Of a DNA stretch of 64,000 nucleotides, positions 35,565 through 45,097 are shown piece after piece. How positions within the stretch are numbered: position 1 is the stretch's first letter; the number at the start of each line of letters is the position of its first letter. The stretch is from Candidatus Micrarchaeota archaeon (lineage in GTDB: Archaea; Micrarchaeota; Micrarchaeia; Anstonellales; Bilamarchaeaceae): positions 194,962 to 258,961 of the forward strand of contig CAZBAM010000001.1 in NCBI GenBank assembly GCA_964490215.1. The letters are read 5' to 3'. Below the pieces are notes generated by a model, which searched no databases, was not told the origin of the DNA, and saw only the letters and a program-made list of their open reading frames with translations. The translations under genes were made by a program, and so were the position numbers.

Positions 35565-36479
35565 TCAGAGGTTTACCTTCAGCCCGAGTTCCTTCTTCAG
35601 CTCGCGGTAGCGGTTGCGTATCGTGACTTCGGTCACGCCGGCGACGTCAGCGACCTCCTTCTGCGTCTTCTTCTCGCCGTGCATCGCGCTGGTTATGTAG
35701 AGCGCGGCAGCGGCCACGCCTGTCGGGCCCCTGCCTGATATCAGGCCCTTCTTCAGCGCCTTCCTTATGAGCTTTATGGCCTCCTCCTGGACCTCGCCGC
35801 CGAGCTTCAGCGCGGTGGCGAACTTCGGCACGTATTGCGCCGGGTCAGTGAGCGGCACGTCTATGCGCAGCTCTGACTTCAGGAAGCGGTACGCGCGGCC
35901 TATCTCCTTCTTCTCTATGCCCGACGCGCGCGAGATTTCGTCCAGCGTCCTTGGTATGCCCTGGATGCGGCAGATGCCATAGACGACAGCGGCGACGACG
36001 CTCTCAATGAGCCTGCCGCGTATGAGTTCCTCCTTTACCGCCCTGCGGTAAAGCAGCGCTGCGCTCTCCTTTATGTTCTCCGGAAGGCCGAGCGAGGACG
36101 CGACGCGGTCAAGTTCCGCGAGCGCGATGACGAGGTTCCTTTCCATGGACGTGGCGATGGACACGCGCTTGTGCCATTTCCTCATGCGGTAGAGCTGGGC
36201 CTGCTTCTTCGGGCTTATCTTGCCGCCGCGTATGTCCCTGTTGTACTGGTCTATCTCGGTGACGAGGCCCTTGTTCGGCCTCATGTATTTTATCGGCGCG
36301 CCGCCGCGGGCCTTCTTCTCCTTCTGCTCCGCGTCAAACGCGCGCCATTCCGGGCCGAGGTCCTGTATGTTCTCAGCGACGATGAGGCCGCAGTTGGCGC
36401 ACAGGAGTTCCCCCTTCTCATAATCCCTTACGAGCCTCTTGCTTTTGCACTCTGGACACTTTGTAGCCGTAGACTCCAT
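35565..36479 (-). CDS. tfb: transcription initiation factor IIB (TFB)
   Basis: N-terminal zinc ribbon CPECKS...CANCG plus two cyclin-fold repeats; ATG at 36477-36479 (MESTATKCPEC); the ORF-track TTG extension was discarded. Confidence 0.9.
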   Translation of the reverse strand: MESTATKCPECKSKRLVRDYEKGELLCANCGLIVAENIQDLGPEWRAFDAEQKEKKARGGAPIKYMRPNKGLVTEIDQYNRDIRGGKISPKKQAQLYRMRKWHKRVSIATSMERNLVIALAELDRVASSLGLPENIKESAALLYRRAVKEELIRGRLIESVVAAVVYGICRIQGIPRTLDEISRASGIEKKEIGRAYRFLKSELRIDVPLTDPAQYVPKFATALKLGGEVQEEAIKLIRKALKKGLISGRGPTGVAAAALYITSAMHGEKKTQKEVADVAGVTEVTIRNRYRELKKELGLKVNL

Positions 36480-36737
36480 CAAAATCCCTCTCAAAAGTTG
36501 TAGCAACTTTTTAAAAACTTGCTATCAAATTATGAAACGGAGCATTTATATATTTTTCGGTCAAGGCACGGAGAAGAAAGAAGGCGGGTGGAGAAGGGGA
36601 ATCTGCAACGGGGACTGCGCCGGGCAGGGGAAGCGTGCAGCGGGAGCATACGGCATGGATTGCGCCGTAAAGCCGCTCAGCGCCTGACCATTCCGGCTGC
36701 CAGCGGGAAGCCACGCAGGCATCCTGACACCGCCGCG

Positions 36738-38060
36738 TCAGCGCCTGACTATGTCGGCAGCCCGCTGGTCCGCCTCTTCCATGACCGCCTTCTCGTCCAG
36801 CGTGAGTATTTCCCGGTCCAGCATGACCGGACGCCCGTCTATTATGACGTCGCTGACGTTCTGCGGCCCTGCGGCATAGACCACGTTTGCGACAAGGTCG
36901 TGCGCCGGCCTCATGTTGGGCAGGCGCTCAAGCAGGACTATGTCCGCCAGCCTGCCCTCCTCCAGTGCACCGGCGTTGAAGCCCATCGCCCTGGCGCCGT
37001 TCACCGTGGCGAAATCCAGGGCCCTGCCGCAGGGGAGCGCGTCCGCCCGCCAGTAGTGGTGCTTCTGGAGCAGGGCCGCCATCTTGGCTGTCTGGAACAT
37101 GTCAAGGGAGTTGTTGCTTGCCACGCCGTCCGTGCCCAGGCAGACGTTTGCGCCAGCGGCGTCCAGCTCGGCGGCCTGGGCTATCCCGCCCGTGGCCAGC
37201 TTCAGGCTGCTGACCGGGCACCAGGCCACGCTGACGCCCCTCCTGCCGGCGAGCGCTATCTCCCGCCGGGTGAGCCAGCCGCCATGGGCGAATACCGAAT
37301 CGCGGTCCATCAGCCCTATGGAATCCAGGTATTCGTAGGGGTATTTGCCGCGCTTTTTCAGCACGTCAAAAACCTCCTGGCGGGTCTCGCTGACGTGGAT
37401 GTGGTATTTCAGGTGCTTCCTTTTCGCCAGCGCCTTGGACTTGAGTAGTATCTCCTCGGAGCAGGCGTAGGCCTTCTTCCTTGCCAGGGCCTTGGACTTT
37501 ATCAGCAGCTCCTCTGAGCAGGTGTATGGCGCGTGCGCGGCCACGGACGGCCGGAGCGTGGTGCCGTTGCCGTATTCAAGGGATTTGGGCACTTCCCTCA
37601 ACTGCTCCGTGGTGCGGGCATGGTCCTCAAAGTCTATGAAACATCGGGAAATGATGCCGCGCATGCCGGCCTGCTCCGCGGCACGGAATATGCCGCGGGT
37701 GTCAAACAGGCACATCTCTGCGAAGGCGGTCGTGCCGCCCCGTATCATCTCGCAGAAGGCGAGCCTGGCCGCAGCCTCGGCGTCCGCCGCGGTTTCTTTC
37801 GCCTCTATGGGCCATATCTTCTCCTCCAGCCAGCGCTGCAGCGGAAGGTCCTCCCCGTAGCCGCGGAAGAGGGTCATGGCGACGTGCGTGTGCATATTAA
37901 CCAGGCCGGGCATGGCGATTTTCCCCTTCGCGTCTATCACGTGCTCTGCCCTTTCCCTGCACGTACCTATGCCGACTATGGTGTTGGCCTCGGTGTAGAT
38001 GTCGCCCCGGACGACGCGGCCGGGCGTGAGGATTGTTGCGCCCCGGATTAGTATTGACAT
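36738..38060 (-). CDS. amidohydrolase-family deaminase (5'-methylthioadenosine/S-adenosylhomocysteine deaminase-like)
   Basis: GLVNMHTHVAMTLFRG metal-binding HxH, HAPYTCSEE, HIHVSETRQE, C-terminal TDG; TATA-like TTTTATAT sits over the first two ATGs, so the third ATG (38060, MSILIRG) is taken as a leaderless start. Confidence 0.7.
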   Translation of the reverse strand: MSILIRGATILTPGRVVRGDIYTEANTIVGIGTCRERAEHVIDAKGKIAMPGLVNMHTHVAMTLFRGYGEDLPLQRWLEEKIWPIEAKETAADAEAAARLAFCEMIRGGTTAFAEMCLFDTRGIFRAAEQAGMRGIISRCFIDFEDHARTTEQLREVPKSLEYGNGTTLRPSVAAHAPYTCSEELLIKSKALARKKAYACSEEILLKSKALAKRKHLKYHIHVSETRQEVFDVLKKRGKYPYEYLDSIGLMDRDSVFAHGGWLTRREIALAGRRGVSVAWCPVSSLKLATGGIAQAAELDAAGANVCLGTDGVASNNSLDMFQTAKMAALLQKHHYWRADALPCGRALDFATVNGARAMGFNAGALEEGRLADIVLLERLPNMRPAHDLVANVVYAAGPQNVSDVIIDGRPVMLDREILTLDEKAVMEEADQRAADIVRR

Positions 38061-38119
38061 GGGGGAATCACCACGCGAAGGCATATAAAACATGGGCTGG
38101 ATTTAGCCCCGGTGGTCTG

Positions 38120-38527
38120 ATGGTCGTGGGTCTTGTCCCGCCGGAAGAGGAGGAAAGGCTGTGCAAAAAGCTCATTGGTTATTACGGGCAGATCTACCCG
38201 GGAGTCGGGTTCACGCGCAGGGACGTGACGCTCACGCGCGTGGAGATAGGGGAGCTGTATTACACTTATTCGGGCGAGGAGACCGAGGCCACGGCGGCAG
38301 AGAAGATGAAGATGATAAACTCTGCCATAGGCGGGGGGTATGCCACGCCGCTCATCGTGTTGCAGAAAAAGGGCAGGCGGATTCTTCTTGACGGCCACCG
38401 CAGGGCGCGCGTGGCGTATTCACAGGGCATGGGCTGGAAGGCCATGCTGATAGTGCCGGACAAGGACGTGAAATTCGGCATAGAGGACATGATACTCGGG
38501 AAGGTAAAGGACCTTTACGGGAAGTAG
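38120..38527 (+). CDS. ParB/sulfiredoxin-fold domain protein
   Basis: ILLDGHRRARVAYSQG resembles the ParB/Srx DGHHR motif; ATG at 38120. Confidence 0.4.
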   Translation: MVVGLVPPEEEERLCKKLIGYYGQIYPGVGFTRRDVTLTRVEIGELYYTYSGEETEATAAEKMKMINSAIGGGYATPLIVLQKKGRRILLDGHRRARVAYSQGMGWKAMLIVPDKDVKFGIEDMILGKVKDLYGK

Positions 38528-39667
38528 TCAGTTCTGGCTGTCCGCCTTTTTCGGCAGCATGCCGGTGGATTTCACCCACCAGTAGGACAGGAATGTTGCC
38601 ACGACCGTTGACAGGAGGAGCAGCACGCTGTACCAGCCTGCGTCAGCCGGCTTCAGGTCGTACGCGGGATTGCTCAGCGCGGTGGCGATGGTATTCGGCA
38701 CCAGCACAGCAGTGCCGATTATCGTGAGGTAGGCGACGATGTACGCCAGCTTGTTGTTGAGGACCTGCAGCTGGTTGTTGTATATGCTCTGCATGACCTC
38801 AAGGCCGCTCGCCAGGACGTCGCTGAGGTGCTCGGCCAGGCCTATCTGGTAGTTCACCTCGACCACCAGGCCGCTCAGCCTCTGCAGGAGCTTCGGGTCG
38901 TCCGTGAGCAGTTCCGGGTCGCCGTAGCGCAGCGCGTTCAGCACGTCCACGGTTTCCCAGAGGCCGCTGAGGTATGTTATGAGCGCGTGCTTCATGGCAT
39001 GTATGTCGTGGCCTATCTCGTCCCGGGGCGTCTCCACCTTGGACAGTTTCTCGCTGACCAGGTCGGAGTTCTCCTCTATCTCGCGCAGGTGGTCAAAGTT
39101 CCTGCTGTTGTTCTCGTCAAGCACGCGGATGAGGACTGTGGTGACCCGGTCCTCGGAGGTGACGGCCGGCTTGATTTTCTTCATGTATATCTTCGCGTAG
39201 CGCCTGAGCCTGAAGAACCGCTTCACTTCCGTGGTGTGGATGGTGGCCACCAGGTTGTTGCGGAGGAGGATGAGCAGGTATTCTATGCGGACGTTGAAGC
39301 CGTTCACCAGTATTGCCGGGATGAGGAAGCCCATTTCCGTGTCCAGGTCCTCATAGCCGCTGCGTGACGATTTCAGGAGGGGGACGATAAGCTGCTCGCT
39401 GAAGCCTAGGTCCATGGCGATTTTCTTCGCGCCCTCGTTCCGAAGGTCGTCGCAGATGTAGTCCACCCAGCTGACCTGGGAGGATTTCACCAGTTCAAGG
39501 AATTCGTCCACGGCGCGGGCCTCTTTTTCCACCGTGGTGCCGTCCCTGCACAGCGACACGCAGAACCCGCGCTCCTCCAGGGAGAGGATGACCCTGCTTT
39601 CGCCGTGTCGGATACGCACCTTCTGGATGAGCTGCTTGTCCAAGGGCATCCCTATCGCCTCAAGCAT
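38528..39667 (-). CDS. CorA-like divalent-cation transporter
   Basis: large cytoplasmic domain with two C-terminal TM helices in the CorA arrangement; 379 aa. Confidence 0.55.
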   Translation of the reverse strand: MLEAIGMPLDKQLIQKVRIRHGESRVILSLEERGFCVSLCRDGTTVEKEARAVDEFLELVKSSQVSWVDYICDDLRNEGAKKIAMDLGFSEQLIVPLLKSSRSGYEDLDTEMGFLIPAILVNGFNVRIEYLLILLRNNLVATIHTTEVKRFFRLRRYAKIYMKKIKPAVTSEDRVTTVLIRVLDENNSRNFDHLREIEENSDLVSEKLSKVETPRDEIGHDIHAMKHALITYLSGLWETVDVLNALRYGDPELLTDDPKLLQRLSGLVVEVNYQIGLAEHLSDVLASGLEVMQSIYNNQLQVLNNKLAYIVAYLTIIGTAVLVPNTIATALSNPAYDLKPADAGWYSVLLLLSTVVATFLSYWWVKSTGMLPKKADSQN

Positions 39668-39687
39668 TCACTGGTTTCCATCGTGAA

Positions 39688-40851
39688 CTACCCACGCCTG
39701 AAGGCGTTGGCTTCCTGCTTCAACGAAGATACTTGCCAGTTATGTTTATAACCAGTAGTGGTTTCTTCTCCACAGGCGTTACTTCCCAGCGTTCCGCCGG
39801 TAGCTCGTTGGAGTATATTTATCGCCGCATTGAGATCCCTGTGCATGGATGCTCCGCAGGGGCAGTCATGCCACCTCTCAGCAAGCGATTTCTTCAGTAC
39901 CAGACCGCAGTTGCTGCACCTCTGCGAGGTGTGGGCCGGATCCACCAGCACGATTTCGCAACCAGCTTCTTCCGCTTTGTAACGAATCATACTGACAAAC
40001 TCTGCCCAACTGCAATCCAGCACGGATTTTGCAAGTAAACCTTTTGCCAGACCGGCAACATTCAGGTTTTCCAGTGCAAGAAAAGAATATGCGCTAACCA
40101 GCCGTCTGCTGGTTTTATGGAGGAAATCACGTCTTCTGTTTGTGAGCCGTTCATAGGCAATTGCAACCCGATGTTTTGCCTTCTGCCTGTTTTTGCTGCC
40201 CTTCTTTTTTCGTGAGAGATGCTGCTGGGTTTCCTTCAGGCACTCTTCTGCCTGCCTGAGATGCCGGGGATTTTCTATGACCTCGCCGTCGCTGAGGCAG
40301 GCAAAGTGCTCCACGCCGAGGTCTAATCCCGCCTCAGGGCCAGTTTTTCTGCAAGGTGCAATCCGTTCCGCTTCAGTAGTGAAAACGGTGAACCACTTCC
40401 CTGAAGGAGATCTTTTGATCGTCAGTGTTTTGACTTCTCCTTGCATTTGCCGGTGCTTCTTGATTGAAATACTTCCTATGCCTGAAAGCTCAAGGCGTTT
40501 GTCCAGCCTGAAACCGAACTGGGGGTAAGTGAATGATTTCATCCGTTCAAGTGGTTTGAAGCGCGGAAACCCGGCCTTCAAGCCTGCCTTCTTTCTGGCA
40601 ATCACGCCCCTGAGGCTTTTTACCAGCCGATCTGCGACGTTCTGGGCTACCTGTGAAAAAAGAGGAGTGTCTTTCGTCTGGAGATAAAGCTGTTTTCTGG
40701 TTGGAAACTTGCTGGTTTCTTCATAATATTTTTTCGTGTATTCCAGAAGGCGGTTCCAGAGCGTTTTGCATTCGTGGAGGCATCCGGACAACTCCCTTTG
40801 CTGGGTTTTTGACGGGTACAGTCGGAACTTCCAGGCCCTTGTTGTCTTCAT
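39688..40851 (-). CDS. tnpB: IS200/IS605-family TnpB (OrfB) RNA-guided nuclease
   Basis: RuvC-like motifs (LDLGVEHFA, ...) and C-terminal zinc finger CSNCG...CPCG; 387 aa. Confidence 0.9.
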   Translation of the reverse strand: MKTTRAWKFRLYPSKTQQRELSGCLHECKTLWNRLLEYTKKYYEETSKFPTRKQLYLQTKDTPLFSQVAQNVADRLVKSLRGVIARKKAGLKAGFPRFKPLERMKSFTYPQFGFRLDKRLELSGIGSISIKKHRQMQGEVKTLTIKRSPSGKWFTVFTTEAERIAPCRKTGPEAGLDLGVEHFACLSDGEVIENPRHLRQAEECLKETQQHLSRKKKGSKNRQKAKHRVAIAYERLTNRRRDFLHKTSRRLVSAYSFLALENLNVAGLAKGLLAKSVLDCSWAEFVSMIRYKAEEAGCEIVLVDPAHTSQRCSNCGLVLKKSLAERWHDCPCGASMHRDLNAAINILQRATGGTLGSNACGEETTTGYKHNWQVSSLKQEANAFRRG

Positions 40852-40967
40852 GGGAATATTGCTGAAAACGTCTTTTATATGTGTTATCGGGGTTCATTTC
40901 CGCGGTGCTATCGACGAAGCAGTATACATTCGGCCCGCTCATCTCAAGGCCGGCGGCCCGACCTCGT

Positions 40968-41185
40968 CAAGGTCGACGTTTCGACCTTGAGCGTGTTCGC
41001 GAACGAATCGTCGTTCGCGACATGAGCATGCTCGGGAACGTTGCGACGTTCCCGATATCCAACGGCAGGGAACGACGCTTCGTTCCCTGCGTCCCATTGT
41101 CCGGTGCGCCGGACAATAGGACGGCTGATCTAGGGAGCTTTGCTCCCTGGATTCCAGCGACCGGCGAACCGGTCGCTAGAAAGCC
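40968..41185 (+). repeat. array of six short perfect hairpins (8-9-bp stems, 4-6-nt loops) including three similar G[CG]GAACG-N4-6-CGTTC[CG]C palindromes about 37 nt apart
   Basis: CAAGGTCGA-cgtt-TCGACCTTG; GCGAACGA-atcg-TCGTTCGC; CGGGAACGT-tgcg-ACGTTCCCG; CAGGGAACG-acgctt-CGTTCCCTG; GTCCGG-tgcg-CCGGAC; AGCGACCGG-cgaa-CCGGTCGCT. Confidence 0.75.
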
Positions 41186-41380
41186 GTCTTCTTGTGCTCC
41201 CCTCAGGATGGATTTCCAGGGCCTATATCAATTGAATGCCGTCCGCCCGGATGCCGGATGGGGTGGGGCCGGACGAGGTGCTGAGCCGGATTAGATGCCG
41301 AGCCAGATGCCTGGTCGGATGCCTGAGTGAATGAGATGCCGGGGGCAGGACCCGGAACATATCGTGAGGCAGTGCCAGAA

Positions 41381-42577
41381 TCAGACCTTGGGGAAGTGCT
41401 TCTTGTTCTCTTCCAGCGCAGCCAGGCCAGGCAACTCCATGCCGCACAGGTATTCTATGAGCGCCTTGCCGGAGAGGCTGACGTAGCCGAAATTCTTCCT
41501 GTCTATGCCGAGCTTCTCCAGGGCGGTTATCGTGTGGCCGCCGCCCAGCAGGGAGAAGGCGTCGCAGCGGGCGATTGCCTCAAGCAGCACTCTTGTGCCG
41601 CGCGAGAACTCGTCCAGCTCGTACACGCCTGCCGGGCCGTTCATGACCACGCAATGCGAGTTGTTTATGGCCTCGGTGTAGCGCTCCATGGTCCGGGCGC
41701 CTATGTCCCATATCTGGCCCGTGGTTATGCCGTCCGCGTTGCATTCCACGCGCTGCATGTCAATTGAAAGGCCGACGTCCACCGGCAGCACTATCCTGCC
41801 GTTGAACTTGTCCAGCATCTCCTTCGCCGCGGGCACGTGCTCCATCAGGCCGGAGTCACGGAGGTACCCGAGCGAGTCGCCCACCTGCCTGCCGCTCGCG
41901 TAGAGGAACAGCACCGATAGCGCCCCGGCCACCAGCACCTCCCGCGCCGTGCCGTCCGCCAGCCATTTCTGCATGACCGCGAACGAGTCCTCCACCTTGG
42001 AGCCGCCGAATATGAATGTCACGTCCCTGCTGTGGCGCACCTTTGAGACCGCCTCCACCTCGCCTGCGAGCACGTCGCCAGCGAAGCAGGGCATCTTCCT
42101 GCAGAAGCCGACCACGCTGGAATGCTTCCTGTGCGCCACTGAAAGGGCGTCCAGCACGTAATAGTCCGCCAGGGGGGCGAGGTGGAACACTATCTCGCCC
42201 TCGCCGCTGGGATGCCTGGTCTCGCAATGGAGGTGGCGGACGTTGTCAAGCACGAGTATGTCGCCGTCCTTCATGCGGCCTATTGCAGCCTTTGCCCGGT
42301 CGCCGATGACGTCGTCCACGAAACCGACGTCCCTGCCCACGGCTGCATGGAGGAGCCGTGCGTGCTGCTCCAGGCCCATGAAATCGTCACGGCCCTTGCG
42401 GCCCTGGTGGGAGAGCACTATCACCCTCGCGCCCCTGTCGCTGAGTTCCTTCACGGTCCTCGCATGGGCGCCTATGCGCACGGTCCCGGATATCTTCCCG
42501 TTCTCCACAGGGCAGTTCAGGTCCACTCTTACAAGGATTTTCCTGCCTTTCACCGGATAGTCGGCTATCTTTCTCAT
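41381..42577 (-). CDS. pgk: phosphoglycerate kinase
   Basis: archaeal PGK layout with N- and C-domain motifs (GRKILVRVDLN, FGGSKVEDS, GGGHT); 398 aa. Confidence 0.85.
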   Translation of the reverse strand: MRKIADYPVKGRKILVRVDLNCPVENGKISGTVRIGAHARTVKELSDRGARVIVLSHQGRKGRDDFMGLEQHARLLHAAVGRDVGFVDDVIGDRAKAAIGRMKDGDILVLDNVRHLHCETRHPSGEGEIVFHLAPLADYYVLDALSVAHRKHSSVVGFCRKMPCFAGDVLAGEVEAVSKVRHSRDVTFIFGGSKVEDSFAVMQKWLADGTAREVLVAGALSVLFLYASGRQVGDSLGYLRDSGLMEHVPAAKEMLDKFNGRIVLPVDVGLSIDMQRVECNADGITTGQIWDIGARTMERYTEAINNSHCVVMNGPAGVYELDEFSRGTRVLLEAIARCDAFSLLGGGHTITALEKLGIDRKNFGYVSLSGKALIEYLCGMELPGLAALEENKKHFPKV

Positions 42578-42792
42578 GTATTACGCCTCTAGGGTATTAC
42601 GCCTCTATTATGCCGCTATGGGTATGCAGCGATGTATGCAGCTATGATTACGCTTCAATGCAAGTGCTTCCGCCCGGATATGCACTATGTCCGGCAATAT
42701 TTATTACTACACTACTTTCGCGGCTTATTACCGCTCTTCGCATCTTCGCGGCTTGTTAGTGCTCTTCGCCTCTTCGCGGTTCAGTACTACTC

Positions 42793-44985
42793 CTAGGCCT
42801 GTCCGGTCTGTTCAGGCCCTGGCACTGCCTGGGTCCCGCCGGCAGCGACGGCCTTCCTGGCCGGCTTTCTCGCAGGCTTCACCGGTTTCTTCTTTTCGGC
42901 CCCGGCCTCCGGCGCCTTTTCCGGAACGGCTGGCTTCGCTGCCTGCACGGCAACGGCCTCCTTTTTCCTGCCCCAGTCGGCCTTTGACGGGCACTTGGGG
43001 TCTATGCACATGGTGAACGGCCGGCCCCCGCTCCGCTTCACGAAAATGGTCGGCTTGCCGCACTGCGGGCATGGCTTGCCGGTGACCTTCACGAACGCGC
43101 CGCCCGGGAGCGGGTATGCGTTCCTGCACGCGGGGTAGCCGGTGCAGCCTATGAACTGCCTGCCTGCGCCCAGCCGGATTATGCGCAGGTTCTTGCCGCA
43201 CTTGTCGCACACGCCGACCATGTTCTCCTGCTCCATAGTGGCTTTCAGCGCCTCGGCCAGGTCTGCGCCTATCTTCGCCTCGTTGGCCTTCCACCTGCCC
43301 AGTATGCCTGTGAGTATCTCCTTGCCGTCGGCTATGACCTGCTCCTTGGCTATCTTGCCTTCCTGTATGCCCTCCATCTCGTCCTCAAGCCGCCGGGTGA
43401 GGTTCTCGTCAAGGATTTCAGGCGCGTATTTCTGGAGCACCTCGCACACCTTGAGGCCGAAGTCGCTCACCTCTATGGACGCGGTGCCGCCTGCATAGCC
43501 GCGCTTCAGGAGCGTGTCTATTATCACCGCGCGGGTGGACTTGGTGCCGAGGTGCCGGTCTTCCAGCTCTGACACCAGCGACGCCTGGCTGTACCGCTTC
43601 GGCGGCTTGGTCTCCTTTGCGGTCTTCTTTTTCTTCTCCACGCCGACGCGCTCGCCCTGCGTGAAGGCCGGGACCTCAGTGTCCTCGCTGGTGTAGTATT
43701 TGCCGTAGAACTCGGTCCATCCCTTTCCGGTGAGCCTGCTGCCTGAGGCCGAGTAGCCCTCGCCGCCCGCGTCCAGCTCCACGCGCACCTTTTCCCGGGT
43801 GGCAGGTGGCGCGAATGCGGCCAGGAAGCGCCTGACTATCAGGTCGTAGAGGTTCTTCTCTGCCGCGTCCATACTGCCGGGCGCCTGGCCTGTGGGGTGG
43901 ATTGCCGGGTGCGCAGGGTCCTCCTTCTTGCCCTGGACCGGCCTGAACCATTTTTCCGAGGCGATTTTCTTCGCCAGCGGCGCGTATTCGGGGTTGGAAG
44001 ACAGGCTGGCGATTATTTTGGGAAGGTTGATTGACGGCGGGATTTTCTGCGACGACGTCCTCGGGTAGGTGATGAGCGACGCCTCGTAAAGCGCCTGCGA
44101 CAGCTCAAGCACGCGGGACGGCGCGTATTTGAACAGGCGGTACGCCTCCAGTTGCAGGCTCGTCAGGTCAAAGCAGGGCATCGGCGGCACCTGCTGCTCC
44201 TTCCGGTCCACAGACCGGACCGTCGCGCTGTCGGCAGTGCGGCTTAGCGCGGCCTCTGCCTCCTTCTCGTCCTGGAACCTGCCCCGCACGTGGGAGAACT
44301 CGGCACCGCGGGCGTGGATGGTAAGCTCCCAGTAGGGCGTGGGGACGAAGGCGCGGATGTCCTTCTCAAGCGAGGAGAGCAGGCCGAGCGCCGGCCCCTG
44401 CACACGGCCGATTGACAGCACGCGGTAGCGCGACGCGGCCCTGAGCGAGCCCATGAGGGCGCGGCTGAGGTTGATGCCGTAGAACCAGTCCAGTATGTGC
44501 CGCGCCTCGCCGGCATAGGCGTTGTTGTAGTCAAAGTCGCCGCGCTGCTCGTACGCGTCGGTCAGGTCTGACTGCGTGAGCGCCGAGAACTTCATCCTCC
44601 GGCCCTCGCGGATGGTGGTTGCGAAGCGGAAAACATTCCAGGCAATGGTCGATCCTTCTATGTCGTAGTCGCACGCTGACACGAACGTGTCAGCCTTCCT
44701 GCCGAGCTTCTGGATCAGCTCCACGTAGCTGCGGGTGTAGGCCGCCTCCTTTGACGCCCGGTAGGCAGGCACCCATTCTATGTCAAATGCCGGGTAGCCA
44801 CGGCTCTTCTCCTTTTCCACGAGCGAATAGACGTGGCCCACGGCAGGCGCTATGGCTATCTGCTTCCCGTTCCTGACCACTTCGTAATAGGATACGCCCT
44901 CGTACGCCTTCTTCTCCACCTTGTCGCCTATGGCAGAGGCTATTTTTTCAGCTACGCGTGGCTTTTCCGCTACAATGAGCTCCAT
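42793..44985 (-). CDS. topA: DNA topoisomerase I (type IA) with C-terminal zinc ribbons and a Lys/Ala-rich tail
   Basis: Toprim start MELIVAEKPRVAEKIA, type IA core, 3-4 CxxC zinc ribbons; ATG at 44983-44985; no helicase domain, so not reverse gyrase. Confidence 0.85.
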   Translation of the reverse strand: MELIVAEKPRVAEKIASAIGDKVEKKAYEGVSYYEVVRNGKQIAIAPAVGHVYSLVEKEKSRGYPAFDIEWVPAYRASKEAAYTRSYVELIQKLGRKADTFVSACDYDIEGSTIAWNVFRFATTIREGRRMKFSALTQSDLTDAYEQRGDFDYNNAYAGEARHILDWFYGINLSRALMGSLRAASRYRVLSIGRVQGPALGLLSSLEKDIRAFVPTPYWELTIHARGAEFSHVRGRFQDEKEAEAALSRTADSATVRSVDRKEQQVPPMPCFDLTSLQLEAYRLFKYAPSRVLELSQALYEASLITYPRTSSQKIPPSINLPKIIASLSSNPEYAPLAKKIASEKWFRPVQGKKEDPAHPAIHPTGQAPGSMDAAEKNLYDLIVRRFLAAFAPPATREKVRVELDAGGEGYSASGSRLTGKGWTEFYGKYYTSEDTEVPAFTQGERVGVEKKKKTAKETKPPKRYSQASLVSELEDRHLGTKSTRAVIIDTLLKRGYAGGTASIEVSDFGLKVCEVLQKYAPEILDENLTRRLEDEMEGIQEGKIAKEQVIADGKEILTGILGRWKANEAKIGADLAEALKATMEQENMVGVCDKCGKNLRIIRLGAGRQFIGCTGYPACRNAYPLPGGAFVKVTGKPCPQCGKPTIFVKRSGGRPFTMCIDPKCPSKADWGRKKEAVAVQAAKPAVPEKAPEAGAEKKKPVKPARKPARKAVAAGGTQAVPGPEQTGQA

Positions 44986-45097
44986 AGGTATCCTTGCTTC
45001 CGATTGATTGTGTTTCTTCAGGTTGGTTGTGTTTCCTGTTAAATGTGAAGGAATATATAGGTTTACAGTTTCCGGAACGCAAACCGGTAGCAGGAAA

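Larger units (their letters stand above)
39688..41190 (-). mobile_element. IS1341/IS605-type tnpB-only insertion sequence (no tnpA), with putative left-end hairpin region
   Basis: TnpB ORF plus upstream TATA (CTTTTATATG, 40875-40884) and a hairpin-rich subterminal region; the right end abuts the corA start. Confidence 0.55.
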
